64,000 nucleotides of DNA, taken from positions 14,318 to 78,317 of IMG/VR virus record IMGVR_UViG_3300011339_000564; one strand, given 5' to 3'. Of the stretch, positions 47,256 through 56,153 are shown piece by piece (position 1 is the stretch's first letter; the number at the start of each line of letters is the position of its first letter). The notes under the pieces were generated by a model that saw only the letters and a program-made list of their open reading frames with translations, ran no database searches and was not told where the DNA came from. Made by a program: the position numbers and the translations under genes. The DNA is from a virus (lineage: Duplodnaviria > Heunggongvirae > Uroviricota > Caudoviricetes).

Positions 47256-48440
47256 ATGGCTTATTTCTATAAATGGAAAAACAATAGTCAAAAACGCAAA
47301 CTTGTCCCAATCGACAATAAACTCAAACGTGAGAAGAATACCTTTAAGGTTAAGGATGTTGTTGGATTAGCAAAAGAATTGAATGATCCTTCCAATACAG
47401 GATGGCATGACAACATTGCACACTATACTGCAAACAATATTTATTTTGAACTTAACAAGCGTCCTAAGCATGACCAAATTGAATTGCGTCTGTTACTTAG
47501 TGACGAGGACATTCAACGGTTGTTAGATGGTGGACACTGTGCTGACATTTCGGCCCCGGGAGTATTTGATGAGCGCAGACTTAATCCCATTTTTGCTGTA
47601 AAATTACCTAACGAAGATTATTTTCACGTTACTGATGGCCAACACACTCTTGCAGTTATTGCTGGATTAGCACTAGCAGGTAGATTGAAACTTAATGGTA
47701 AAATCATTGAGTCAAAAGATTGGTTGAGCGTTAAGGTTGATGTGATGTATGTAGAAAGTGATAGCCTAAGTTTTGCACGTAAACACTTCCTATATATCAA
47801 TGGTGAAGGTAAGAAACCAATTGAAGAATATGATACTCATGCAGTTAATACATTATGTGTTCGTTTAGATAGTGATACTGATCCAGATTCTCTCAAAGCA
47901 GAAGAATTGCAGGCTATTGCAGAAGAATATGGTATTACTACATTACCTAAAAATCATTCTCAATCAGAAGAACCAAACGCAGTAACTCACATTAGTGGTA
48001 TGAATAAGATGACTGCTGAGGCATGGCGCTTCTTATGTGCAAATCACGCAAAATATTGGTCAAGCGAGAAAGTTGACAATGCTGAATTTGGTTTGTTTGG
48101 TGGACTGTATGAACATTGTACTAAAACTAAATCTGGAATACGTACTGATACTAAAGCATTCACTGAATTTCTCCGTGATTTTAATGCTACAGTAAAAGAA
48201 GTTTTTGTAAATCCAAATGGATTAAAGGAAGCTACTACTGAAGCATATAAAAAGTATTCACTGCAAACAGTTAAGTATGAAAAAAGTCCTGATAAAACAG
48301 TTGCATTGGCAATCGTACTAAAGATTTACAAAAAAGCAGGTGGCACACATATTGTTCCCGGAGTTATTATGGCTCACGCACAAGATGGGTACGATGTTAC
48401 TGATTTTCTTTCTGATGAAATTAAGGCAAAGTTACCATGA
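47256..48440 (+). CDS. DGQHR/ParB-like (DndB-like) domain protein
   Basis: HVTDGQHTLAVIAG resembles the DGQHR motif of DndB/ParB-like proteins. Confidence 0.45.
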   Translation: MAYFYKWKNNSQKRKLVPIDNKLKREKNTFKVKDVVGLAKELNDPSNTGWHDNIAHYTANNIYFELNKRPKHDQIELRLLLSDEDIQRLLDGGHCADISAPGVFDERRLNPIFAVKLPNEDYFHVTDGQHTLAVIAGLALAGRLKLNGKIIESKDWLSVKVDVMYVESDSLSFARKHFLYINGEGKKPIEEYDTHAVNTLCVRLDSDTDPDSLKAEELQAIAEEYGITTLPKNHSQSEEPNAVTHISGMNKMTAEAWRFLCANHAKYWSSEKVDNAEFGLFGGLYEHCTKTKSGIRTDTKAFTEFLRDFNATVKEVFVNPNGLKEATTEAYKKYSLQTVKYEKSPDKTVALAIVLKIYKKAGGTHIVPGVIMAHAQDGYDVTDFLSDEIKAKLP

Positions 48441-48859
48441 AATGGTTCTATGTTATTAAAACAAGTCACAATGACACACTAGGATTTGGAATTACTATTC
48501 ATTTGTCTAAACGATTAGTTGATGGTTATTGTAATCCTAGTGCGGCAAAACAACAATTTTCAAAATTGTATTATGGAGAAAATCTCCATATCAATCAATT
48601 AGAAAAATATATCAAACAGGTATATAGTAATAAACGATTAAACTTTACTAACACACGTACCCGTAAATTAGAATGGATAGATCCAAAATATGACATTTCA
48701 ATTGAGGATTTGATTGATACTGTTGAGGATCGTATTTTGGGCTACCCATTACCTATCAAACGTATCAGGGATAAATTCTTACCATACACCCTTGATAATC
48801 CGGATATCTTTAAAACAATCAATGAGAATCCTGATTTGTTTTTGGAACAACTCGGTTGA
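48437..48859 (+). CDS. hypothetical protein (140 aa)
   Basis: ORF. Confidence 0.5.
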   Translation: MKWFYVIKTSHNDTLGFGITIHLSKRLVDGYCNPSAAKQQFSKLYYGENLHINQLEKYIKQVYSNKRLNFTNTRTRKLEWIDPKYDISIEDLIDTVEDRILGYPLPIKRIRDKFLPYTLDNPDIFKTINENPDLFLEQLG

Positions 48860-48884
48860 CAACATCTAAATAGTAGTATATAAT
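48856..48884 (+). promoter_or_regulatory. sigma70 consensus promoter TTGACA-17-TATAAT. The ATG at 48891 is 6 nt downstream, so the transcript is probably leaderless.
   Basis: Exact hexamers; no SD. Confidence 0.55.
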
Positions 48885-48890
48885 AGACAC

Positions 48891-49889
48891 ATGAAATACG
48901 CACTCATTGACACAGCAAATACATTCTTCCGTGCCCGTCACATTGCATCACGTAATAGTGATACATGGGAAAAGATCGGCATGGCCCTACACTTGACATT
49001 GGCAAGTACTAATCAAATTGTTCGCAAGTTTGGTGTGGATCACGTTGTGTTTTGTTTAGAGGGTCGTAGCTGGCGCAAAAGTTTCTACGAGCCATACAAG
49101 AAAAATCGCATTGTTGATACACTATCACAAACAGAAGCCGAGATTGAAGAAAATAAAATGTTCTGGGAGACGTATGAAGTATTTACAAATTTTTTACGTG
49201 AGAAAACTAATGTTAGTGTCCTTCGTCATGCTGAGGCTGAGGCTGATGACTTAATTGCACGTTTCATTCACTTGCATCCCGATGATGAACATTTTATTAT
49301 CAGTAGCGATAGCGACTATGTGCAATTGATTACCGAAAATGTAAAACAATATAATGGGGTAGCTAATCAACTGATTACGTTAGATGGTTACTTTGATGAC
49401 AAGGGTAAGATTGTCAAAGATAAGAAAACTAAAGAACCCAAGCTACTAGAAGATCCACAATATTTGCTATTTAAAAAATGTATGCGGGGTGATGGTACTG
49501 ACAATGTGTTTAGTGCTTATCCTGGTGTGCGTGAGAAAGGTAGCAAGAATAAAGTTGGCTTGATGGAAGCATATGCTGATAGAGAAAAACAGGGCTACCA
49601 GTGGAACAATCTACTACTTCAACGCTGGCTAGACCATAATGGAGTAGAACATCGTGTACGTGAGGATTATGAACGTAATCGTATACTAATTGATTTGACT
49701 GCACAACCTCAGGATATCAAAGACAAGGTTGATGCTAGTATCATTGAGGGTGTTCGTACAACTACTACCCCTCAAGTTGGTATTCACTTTATGCGATTCT
49801 GTGGCAAATATGAGTTGACTAAGATTAGTGAACAAGCAGAAACATATGCGAAATGGTTGAATAGTCCTTACATGGGAAGTTTAGTATGA
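48891..49889 (+). CDS. 5'-3' exonuclease / flap endonuclease (RNase H / FEN family)
   Basis: EADDLIARFIH and IISSDSDYVQL match the conserved acidic blocks of T4 RNase H / T5 D15-type exonucleases. Confidence 0.75.
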   Translation: MKYALIDTANTFFRARHIASRNSDTWEKIGMALHLTLASTNQIVRKFGVDHVVFCLEGRSWRKSFYEPYKKNRIVDTLSQTEAEIEENKMFWETYEVFTNFLREKTNVSVLRHAEAEADDLIARFIHLHPDDEHFIISSDSDYVQLITENVKQYNGVANQLITLDGYFDDKGKIVKDKKTKEPKLLEDPQYLLFKKCMRGDGTDNVFSAYPGVREKGSKNKVGLMEAYADREKQGYQWNNLLLQRWLDHNGVEHRVREDYERNRILIDLTAQPQDIKDKVDASIIEGVRTTTTPQVGIHFMRFCGKYELTKISEQAETYAKWLNSPYMGSLV

Positions 49890-50092
49890 ATGAAATAATT
49901 AAAGAACTAATGAAACATGCCGGTACTGATACTAGTGGTAAATGGATGGGTGTAGAACACGCTGAAAAGTTCACCGAATTGATTGTGCAGGAATGTGCTG
50001 ATGTTCTATTAAAGTGGAAGGGTGAACCCTTTCCATTTGATGAAGACCTTGCGGCAAGTCTAATTAAAGAACATTTCGGAGTTGGATCGTGA
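49886..50092 (+). CDS. small 'FAELIVREC' family paralog
   Basis: KFTELIVQECADV...KEHFGVGS. Confidence 0.45.
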   Translation: MNEIIKELMKHAGTDTSGKWMGVEHAEKFTELIVQECADVLLKWKGEPFPFDEDLAASLIKEHFGVGS

Positions 50093-50292
50093 ACGAACGA
50101 ATTAAACAGATTGCAGATGACTGCGGATTGTATATTGCCTACGACAATAGAGAAGTGACTAACAAAGAGTTATCATTTTTTGCCGAGACAATCGTGCGAG
50201 AATGTATGGATGTTGTTAGTAAAGCCACTGCCAGTCCAAACGGATATCAGGCTCTTATGAAACATTTCGGAGTTGATAATGTGGGCACGTGA
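50089..50292 (+). CDS. small 'FAELIVREC' family paralog
   Basis: MNERIKQIADD...FFAETIVRECMDV...MKHFGVDN. Confidence 0.45.
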   Translation: MNERIKQIADDCGLYIAYDNREVTNKELSFFAETIVRECMDVVSKATASPNGYQALMKHFGVDNVGT

Positions 50293-50479
50293 ACAAAGTA
50301 TACACTATCTCAAACAGTATATTCATGCCAGGAAAACAACACCATGGGTTGTGAGTATGTGTCCCAATAGTGAAGAACGTGCTAGATGTGCTATACAATA
50401 CTTAGGTGGCATGGCCGGAGATTGGTATGGTAACCGAAATGACTGTCACTACTATTATTCTCAACAGGTAAAAGAATGA
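50273..50479 (+). CDS. hypothetical small protein (68 aa)
   Basis: ORF. Confidence 0.4.
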   Translation: MIMWAREQSIHYLKQYIHARKTTPWVVSMCPNSEERARCAIQYLGGMAGDWYGNRNDCHYYYSQQVKE

Positions 50480-50619
50480 AACTATACAAACACAGCAACG
50501 GTAAGTCAAGTCTCTTCCCCGAGCATATCCCTAAGGGTTGGGAAGTTATGTTGAAGCCAACTACATTCGAAATTGTATGGCGTAGAATTAAATCAGGCCT
50601 ACTGCATATCAAGCGTTAA
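50476..50619 (+). CDS. tiny basic ORF (47 aa); speculative
   Basis: ATGA overlap with the previous stop. Otherwise the region is a 160-nt gap. Confidence 0.3.
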   Translation: MKLYKHSNGKSSLFPEHIPKGWEVMLKPTTFEIVWRRIKSGLLHIKR

Positions 50620-50641
50620 TGGAACATTGGAGTATTGAAGA

Positions 50642-50869
50642 ATGAACTACTCATTCCCTGACAAAATTATCAAAACGATTAGGAAAGATGATCCAGACTT
50701 TCATATTGTTAATGGCATCACTATGGCACCACGTGCAGGGTTTGAGATTAGTAACAAATGTCCGAGTCAATATAAATTTATGATTATAGAAGCTATTAAC
50801 AATGGTTGGCTCAAACCCATAGCATACATGAAAGATTCTGAATATATGTGGGAAAAACTAGGAGAATAA
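50642..50869 (+). CDS. hypothetical small protein
   Basis: ORF. Confidence 0.4.
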   Translation: MNYSFPDKIIKTIRKDDPDFHIVNGITMAPRAGFEISNKCPSQYKFMIIEAINNGWLKPIAYMKDSEYMWEKLGE

Positions 50870-50870
50870 T

Positions 50871-51113
50871 ATGAATGATGAAGGACGAGAATACATTATC
50901 AATGGATTAACCCCAGCAGAAGTTAAAATGCTTGAAATAATGTGGAATATCCAATCGTCTGACGATATGGAAGATTGGTTAATGAGCCTTAGTCGTAAAA
51001 AACGTGTAATGGCGCATCGTCTTAAAATGTTGTTGCTCATTGAAATGATTGATTATGATGCAATAAAAGATTTGTCTATAGCCAAAACTTACTTGAAAAA
51101 GTTTCAATTATGA
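50871..51113 (+). CDS. hypothetical small protein
   Basis: ORF. Confidence 0.4.
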   Translation: MNDEGREYIINGLTPAEVKMLEIMWNIQSSDDMEDWLMSLSRKKRVMAHRLKMLLLIEMIDYDAIKDLSIAKTYLKKFQL

Positions 51114-51574
51114 AAAAAATATTTTATGAAAAGGTAGGTCGTAGATACGTACCAGTGTACGAATACGACCAAACCATGATGGATGCTTTTCCCAAAGGTA
51201 ATCACATTGTGATGTGCTACCCAGGGGGACAAAGCCGTCGGTACAATATTGATCCCAACTATGCGGCTATGATTGCCGCAGGGCGTGTAGCTGAGGATGC
51301 TATTAGCAGTGCTATTCACAAAGCAAGCGAACTAAGTCCACAACGAACACCACTAACTAAGAGTCAACTTAAGGCTTGGCAGAACTTGGCTAAAGAGTTT
51401 GGTGAAGAGCTTTGCACCTTGCAAGGGGCAAGCACCCGAGACATTGCGGAAGCAGGCGTAAAGGCTATGATGGAAGAGGCTAATAAATTGATGTCAAATC
51501 CAGCCGCTAAAAAAGCATTCGAACATTTTCTTTTAGTGTGTGAATTAACTAAAGAACAACATGAACCTAGCTGA
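51110..51574 (+). CDS. hypothetical protein (154 aa)
   Basis: ORF. Confidence 0.45.
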   Translation: MKKIFYEKVGRRYVPVYEYDQTMMDAFPKGNHIVMCYPGGQSRRYNIDPNYAAMIAAGRVAEDAISSAIHKASELSPQRTPLTKSQLKAWQNLAKEFGEELCTLQGASTRDIAEAGVKAMMEEANKLMSNPAAKKAFEHFLLVCELTKEQHEPS

Positions 51575-51839
51575 TTACTTTGATAAACATCGGTACAAGC
51601 CCAAATATGAGTTTATGGCTAGGGTAACCGGAATGCACGGAAAAATCAGATGGATTGGTAGTGTGGGTAATGACACTGTTATAAGTGAACAGCGTGGACC
51701 CGAATTACATATCCATCTAGATTTACCATTAAAGATTGACAATAGATACACAAATGTGTTAGTATGTACACATAAGGGCGTAACAAGATTAACTAATTTT
51801 GATGACGAGCCTTCAACAAAGAAAAGAAAAAAATTATGA
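51561..51839 (+). CDS. hypothetical small protein
   Basis: ORF. Confidence 0.4.
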   Translation: MNLADYFDKHRYKPKYEFMARVTGMHGKIRWIGSVGNDTVISEQRGPELHIHLDLPLKIDNRYTNVLVCTHKGVTRLTNFDDEPSTKKRKKL

Positions 51840-52297
51840 CTAATAAAATACTAATTGCAAAACCAGTAGTACAGAACCAGTTCTGGATAGTAACAGACGG
51901 AAACGAAAAAGTCGGTAACGTATTAGCTGATGGTTCCGGGTTTGAAGTTAAACTGAATGGTAACAAAACTCATTTTAAAAATACAAATGCTATTGAGAAG
52001 CAAACTAAAATTGAATTCCAGAAGGTTAAGAAAGAAAAAGTTAAAAAAGATATTCCTTTCAGTGAATACCCAACAACTAAAAAGGTATATAATTCTATCT
52101 TAGATATCAAACGTAAGATTCACTTGTTTACAAAGACACCAAAAAGTAAGTGTTATTATGCCGCAGGATGGTATATTGTTAGTCAGGGTAGTGAACCTAC
52201 TATAGAATTTTGCCCTAAATATATCTTTATTCAGCGTTATGACTACGTTGGTCCATTTAAAACAGAAGATGAAGCAAAAGACTTGATAAATATCTAA
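51836..52297 (+). CDS. hypothetical protein (153 aa)
   Basis: ORF. Confidence 0.45.
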   Translation: MTNKILIAKPVVQNQFWIVTDGNEKVGNVLADGSGFEVKLNGNKTHFKNTNAIEKQTKIEFQKVKKEKVKKDIPFSEYPTTKKVYNSILDIKRKIHLFTKTPKSKCYYAAGWYIVSQGSEPTIEFCPKYIFIQRYDYVGPFKTEDEAKDLINI

Positions 52298-52494
52298 TGA
52301 TTCAAATTAAGCGGTTTATTGAGAGAGTATCGTTAATTGAGGGGCGCCAAGGTAAGGATGTGGTTATTCCAGTATCTGACGCTAGAGGCCTACGTGATGA
52401 ATTATCTAAGCTATTAGCAGACCACTATGAAATGAAAAAGGATTCCCCGAATGAGGTAATTCAAGTTCAAGTAACCGGGGGAACATTTAAATGA
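52297..52494 (+). CDS. hypothetical small protein
   Basis: ORF. Confidence 0.4.
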   Translation: MIQIKRFIERVSLIEGRQGKDVVIPVSDARGLRDELSKLLADHYEMKKDSPNEVIQVQVTGGTFK

Positions 52495-52784
52495 GTAGAA
52501 CACAACCAAAAGTCTTACTAGAATTAGTAGATAAAGTAACATACAAGTGCGATCAGATTGTTGAAGCAAGTGGCATCTGGGCTGTATTCTATGATGGACA
52601 ACCAATTAATCTAAAATCACAACATTACTTAGATAACGAGGCTACACCCAAGTATAAGAAGACAAGTTTTAGTAATCCCGGTCACGCAAGAAACTTATGT
52701 AGAAAATTAAACGCACAATTTAAATCTGATAAATTTACTGTCGTGTTTATGAATAATGGTACTATTGTGTACCCCAATGAGTGA
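52491..52784 (+). CDS. hypothetical small protein
   Basis: ORF. Confidence 0.4.
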   Translation: MSRTQPKVLLELVDKVTYKCDQIVEASGIWAVFYDGQPINLKSQHYLDNEATPKYKKTSFSNPGHARNLCRKLNAQFKSDKFTVVFMNNGTIVYPNE

Positions 52785-53169
52785 TAGCAAATCAAATAAG
52801 CAACGTATCACTGAGGCTGTACTTAAACAGTTGCCGCCCACAGATCAACCTATAGATAAAATAATTAACGAATGGTGGTTCACTAGATCCAGTGAGGGAC
52901 TACGATTATCTGCCATTGGTGATTTAAGTTTTCGTCACGCACAAATAGAATTCTTTAATCTCCCATTAAAAATTACTCAGGACAATTGGCATAAGTTTAT
53001 AGTTGATTGTAGTAAGAAGATTAAATGTCCATATTACTTTGGTGTCAATAAAAATGAATTAAAAGAAAAAGAGGCATACATAAGATTGTATGACAGTAAA
53101 ATTGCTATGATGATACAATTATATGGGGATATACACAGTTATTTAGAATCAGTAAAGGCAAGAAAATGA
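52777..53169 (+). CDS. hypothetical protein (130 aa from the ATG at 52777)
   Basis: ORF; 8-nt overlap with the upstream stop. Confidence 0.4.
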   Translation: MSDSKSNKQRITEAVLKQLPPTDQPIDKIINEWWFTRSSEGLRLSAIGDLSFRHAQIEFFNLPLKITQDNWHKFIVDCSKKIKCPYYFGVNKNELKEKEAYIRLYDSKIAMMIQLYGDIHSYLESVKARK

Positions 53170-53333
53170 CAGAAGAAAAGAAAAGTAAAAATCCGTTTAT
53201 TAATTTAGCTAATGCCGCTAAGAAAGATAGTAAGCATCCTGGATTAGGTAAAGCTCCTAAATCACAAGGACCTAAACCAACTAAGGGTAACGGTGGTGCA
53301 ACGGTTGTTCGTAGAAGCGGTCGCGGTGGTTAA
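53166..53333 (+). CDS. small basic Gly/Lys-rich protein (55 aa); speculative
   Basis: ATGA overlap with the previous gene. Confidence 0.3.
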   Translation: MTEEKKSKNPFINLANAAKKDSKHPGLGKAPKSQGPKPTKGNGGATVVRRSGRGG

Positions 53334-53818
53334 TACCATCTACCTTCATTACGCATACGTTTAATGAGAGTTAGATAAGTGCTACATACACCATAGCATT
53401 TTAATTGCACAGTACTAAACAAACTACGGTCATCTATTTCGGGAAGAAAGATAATACTAGTATTGTTTATAGCAACAGTACCCGGAGTGATTAGTTTCCC
53501 ACTACTTGTAGTAACTGGGGTACTCTCAGTAGCATCGGGAAACCAAAAGTAATTAGGATATAATTTACTCGGTTGAGTAGTTAACCAAGTTTGCATGTCT
53601 GTATTTCTAGCGTTGATCCAAAAACGTACACCTTGTAGATATTTTTCGGTCACTTCAGTAGTTGGTTCAAAACTACCCAAATATAGTTTTCCATCTACTC
53701 TCCAAACATCTACCATGCAGGAATATCCGGCGTTGAATGCTTTTCCTATTTGTGCTGGGGTATTAGCATCTTCAAAATTTTGGCTATCAAAGATACCCTG
53801 GTAAGATATATATAACAT
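53330..53818 (-). CDS. hypothetical protein (162 aa) on the minus strand
   Basis: ORF. Confidence 0.4.
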   Translation of the reverse strand: MLYISYQGIFDSQNFEDANTPAQIGKAFNAGYSCMVDVWRVDGKLYLGSFEPTTEVTEKYLQGVRFWINARNTDMQTWLTTQPSKLYPNYFWFPDATESTPVTTSSGKLITPGTVAINNTSIIFLPEIDDRSLFSTVQLKCYGVCSTYLTLIKRMRNEGRWY

Positions 53819-53916
53819 AATATGTATTTATGTCAACGGAATACATAGCTGCCGCGTTATATATATGTAGACACAAAAAATGTTGTTCTACTTTCATTAA
53901 CATAAAGGAAATCAAA

Positions 53917-54237
53917 ATGAAACAACTTATCGCTCTATTTGCCGCTGTTGCAGTTGGCACCGCTTTTGCTCAAGCTCCTGCTAAAAAGGAAGAAGCCAAG
54001 CCAGCCGCGGCTGCTCCTGCTAAAAAGGAAGAAGCCAAGCCAGCCGCGGCTGCTCCTGCTCCAGCTAAAGCAACAGCGCCGGCTGCACCTGCTAAAGCAG
54101 AAGCACCAAAAGAAGAAATGAAATTAGCTAAGAAGAAAGAAGACAAAAAAGCTGATGCCACTAAAAGTGAAGCAAAGCCTGCTAGTCCAGCGCCAGCAAA
54201 AGCTGACGATAAAAAAGCCGAAGCTCCTAAGAAGTAA
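53917..54237 (+). CDS. secreted Ala/Pro/Lys-rich repeat protein (106 aa from the ATG at 53917)
   Basis: AAGGAAA SD before the ATG at 53917. Signal peptide MKQLIALFAAVAVGTAFAQA. Tandem KKEEAKPAAAAPA repeats. Confidence 0.55.
   Translation: MKQLIALFAAVAVGTAFAQAPAKKEEAKPAAAAPAKKEEAKPAAAAPAPAKATAPAAPAKAEAPKEEMKLAKKKEDKKADATKSEAKPASPAPAKADDKKAEAPKK
53975..54052 (+). repeat. 39-bp perfect tandem direct repeat x2 (gctcctgctaaaaaggaagaagccaagccagccgcggct) inside the secreted repeat-protein gene
   Basis: Identical 39-mers at 53975-54013 and 54014-54052. A partial third copy may follow. Confidence 0.8.
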
Positions 54238-54520
54238 TCCATATAGGCTCACTGCAATTAGAATCTGGGGTTTCGATCCCAATAAGGTTCTAGTTGATGA
54301 TGAGGATATATTAGTTAATTCCCGTCGTATCATATTAAAGATTAAAACTTCTTTAGATAATGATGTGGAATTAACTGATTATGTCAAGTTAAGATTGTTT
54401 CTGGCCAGAGAAATGGCTATGTCAAAATATAGAGAAATCTATCAGACGGCATAAATATACATGAAGTTATGAGTTCTTCATAAAAACTCAATTTTTAAAC
54501 ACACACATAGGAGATATAAA

Positions 54521-54796
54521 ATGTTTAACACAGCAACTTACGCCTTTATTGACGGCGTTTCAGACTTCAAAAAGAAATTCGTAGAACAAACAGTTCAACA
54601 CGATGGCATCAAAACAGCATTAAACGGTTTTGTTGATGCACAATCAAAATACACAAAAGCAGCCGCAGATGCAGGAATGCAATCTATGATGGCTATGGGT
54701 ATGATTTTTAGTAGCAAAGAATTCTACACACAATTAGCTGACCAGTATAAAGCAATGGTTCCTGCTTTCAACGCTAAAAAAGCTAAGGCTAAGTAA
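54521..54796 (+). CDS. hypothetical protein (91 aa)
   Basis: SD TAGGAGAT lies upstream. Confidence 0.5.
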   Translation: MFNTATYAFIDGVSDFKKKFVEQTVQHDGIKTALNGFVDAQSKYTKAAADAGMQSMMAMGMIFSSKEFYTQLADQYKAMVPAFNAKKAKAK

Positions 54797-54798
54797 TT

Positions 54799-54963
54799 AT
54801 GAAACTTTTAGGAATGCTAATAGCGTTCCTAGGTTTCTCTACAGACACCTACGGAACTGAGTTGGAAAAATATATAGTCGGCCGAAATCCACAAGATGTA
54901 GGTGACATTGAACGATTAACATACGAGTTCCATCGCAAACAATCTGATTGGAGATTTCTATGA
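54799..54963 (+). CDS. tiny ORF (54 aa), first of a chain of three ATGA-coupled micro-ORFs (54799-54963, 54960-55043, 55039-55140)
   Basis: Serial ATGA overlaps; no other ORFs fill 54797-55169. Confidence 0.3.
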   Translation: MKLLGMLIAFLGFSTDTYGTELEKYIVGRNPQDVGDIERLTYEFHRKQSDWRFL

Positions 54964-55169
54964 ACACACTTAAACAACTTTTTAACAGCCTACTAGAGGC
55001 AATACAATCTATCAAAGACTACAAAGCGAGTAAAATGAAATGAATCAATGGCAACCTATGACTGACGAAGATTGGGAATGGGTTAATCATGGTACATTAC
55101 CAAAACCGGTTGACATCCCAGTCAAAACAAACTATAATTAACACACATACACTTTTTTAAGGAAATAAA

Positions 55170-55445
55170 ATGACAGACTTTACACCAAAATTGCCAGAAG
55201 TTAAATTTAACAAAAATGGCTACGAACTACGTACAGATATTTTAGCTATGGCTAAAGATGTTGTTCAACAAGAATATCAAATGAAATTTCAAGGTTGGGA
55301 ACTAACAGCAAAACGTGATGAGAAAACAGGTCAACTAGTAACAACAGTTGGTATGCCTGAGTTTCCAGGTCTAGATAAGGTCCTTGAAACTGCTGAAAAA
55401 ATGTACGGCTTTGTAAATCAAGGTCAAACACAATCTAAGAAGTAA
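55170..55445 (+). CDS. hypothetical protein (91 aa)
   Basis: SD AAGGAAAT lies upstream. Confidence 0.5.
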   Translation: MTDFTPKLPEVKFNKNGYELRTDILAMAKDVVQQEYQMKFQGWELTAKRDEKTGQLVTTVGMPEFPGLDKVLETAEKMYGFVNQGQTQSKK

Positions 55446-55456
55446 TTCTTAACATG

Positions 55457-55479
55457 AAGGCTCTTTGTGAGCCTTCCTT
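55457..55479 (+). terminator. hairpin terminator (GAAGGCTC tttgt GAGCCTTC)
   Basis: Perfect 8-bp inverted repeat directly after the stop at 55445, followed by a T-rich tract. Confidence 0.55.
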
Positions 55480-55498
55480 TACGGCTATAAATAATTTT

Positions 55499-56122
55499 AT
55501 GAAATATCATATTTTAGGAAGACCGGGCGGAAGCAGACCACTAGTATCAACTATTTTTAATATGATGGGATACAATTCGTATTACGGCTCTTTAGATAAA
55601 CCCAATGACAATGATACAGCAATATTAATAACATATCAATACGATATGTTCGCATGGGTAATGACCTCTAGATACGTTGAAGATATATTATACAATTATA
55701 ATTTAGGTAATAAAGAAAACTTTAATCATTGGCTTACTCACTATGTGGGTCCAGGCACACCGTCAACCCCAGATGATATCAGCATGAGTGATTGGGCGGC
55801 GCACGTAGTGAACAGTTATAAACACATAGGAATGTTTGCTCCTTTAAACGGTATCTATGAAGATTTAGAATTATATTGTAAAGATTCAAAATGTATGCGA
55901 CACGAATTGCCGTTAGAATTAATTGTAGATAGTCCAAATCAGGCTATAATTAGGATAGAAGAAATTACAGAAAAAGTTATGGATCAACAAATTAAGAATT
56001 TTTTCTTAAAAGAAGTTGAGAAACAAAAAATATTACTTTCTCCATGGATGGATGATTACTATAAAGCAAAAGAAAAATCCACAGACAGTTATCTGTGGCT
56101 TAAAAAGCAATCCTCAATTTGA
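55499..56122 (+). CDS. hypothetical protein (207 aa from the ATG after the hairpin)
   Basis: The track ORF 55454 would run through the hairpin, so the internal ATG 55499 is preferred. Confidence 0.45.
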   Translation: MKYHILGRPGGSRPLVSTIFNMMGYNSYYGSLDKPNDNDTAILITYQYDMFAWVMTSRYVEDILYNYNLGNKENFNHWLTHYVGPGTPSTPDDISMSDWAAHVVNSYKHIGMFAPLNGIYEDLELYCKDSKCMRHELPLELIVDSPNQAIIRIEEITEKVMDQQIKNFFLKEVEKQKILLSPWMDDYYKAKEKSTDSYLWLKKQSSI

Positions 56123-56153
56123 CATAAATTCCAAATAGTGTTACAATAAGGGT

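Noticed and set aside
53970-54242. Minus-strand Ala-rich ORF
   Set aside because: It is the mirror image of the GC-rich Ala/Pro codon repeats of the plus-strand secreted protein. A typical antisense artefact.
54262-54290. tRNA-like T-arm motif (ctggggtttcgatccc)
   Set aside because: The flanks give no acceptor stem, D-arm or anticodon arm, and the T-loop is off-consensus. It lies in the 3' UTR/overlap region of the repeat-protein gene. Not supported as a tRNA.
54155-54454. 99-aa ORF overlapping the 3' end of the secreted repeat-protein gene
   Set aside because: Its first 80 nt overlap the better-supported gene in another frame and no SD precedes it. A shorter product from an internal start cannot be excluded, but it is unsupported.
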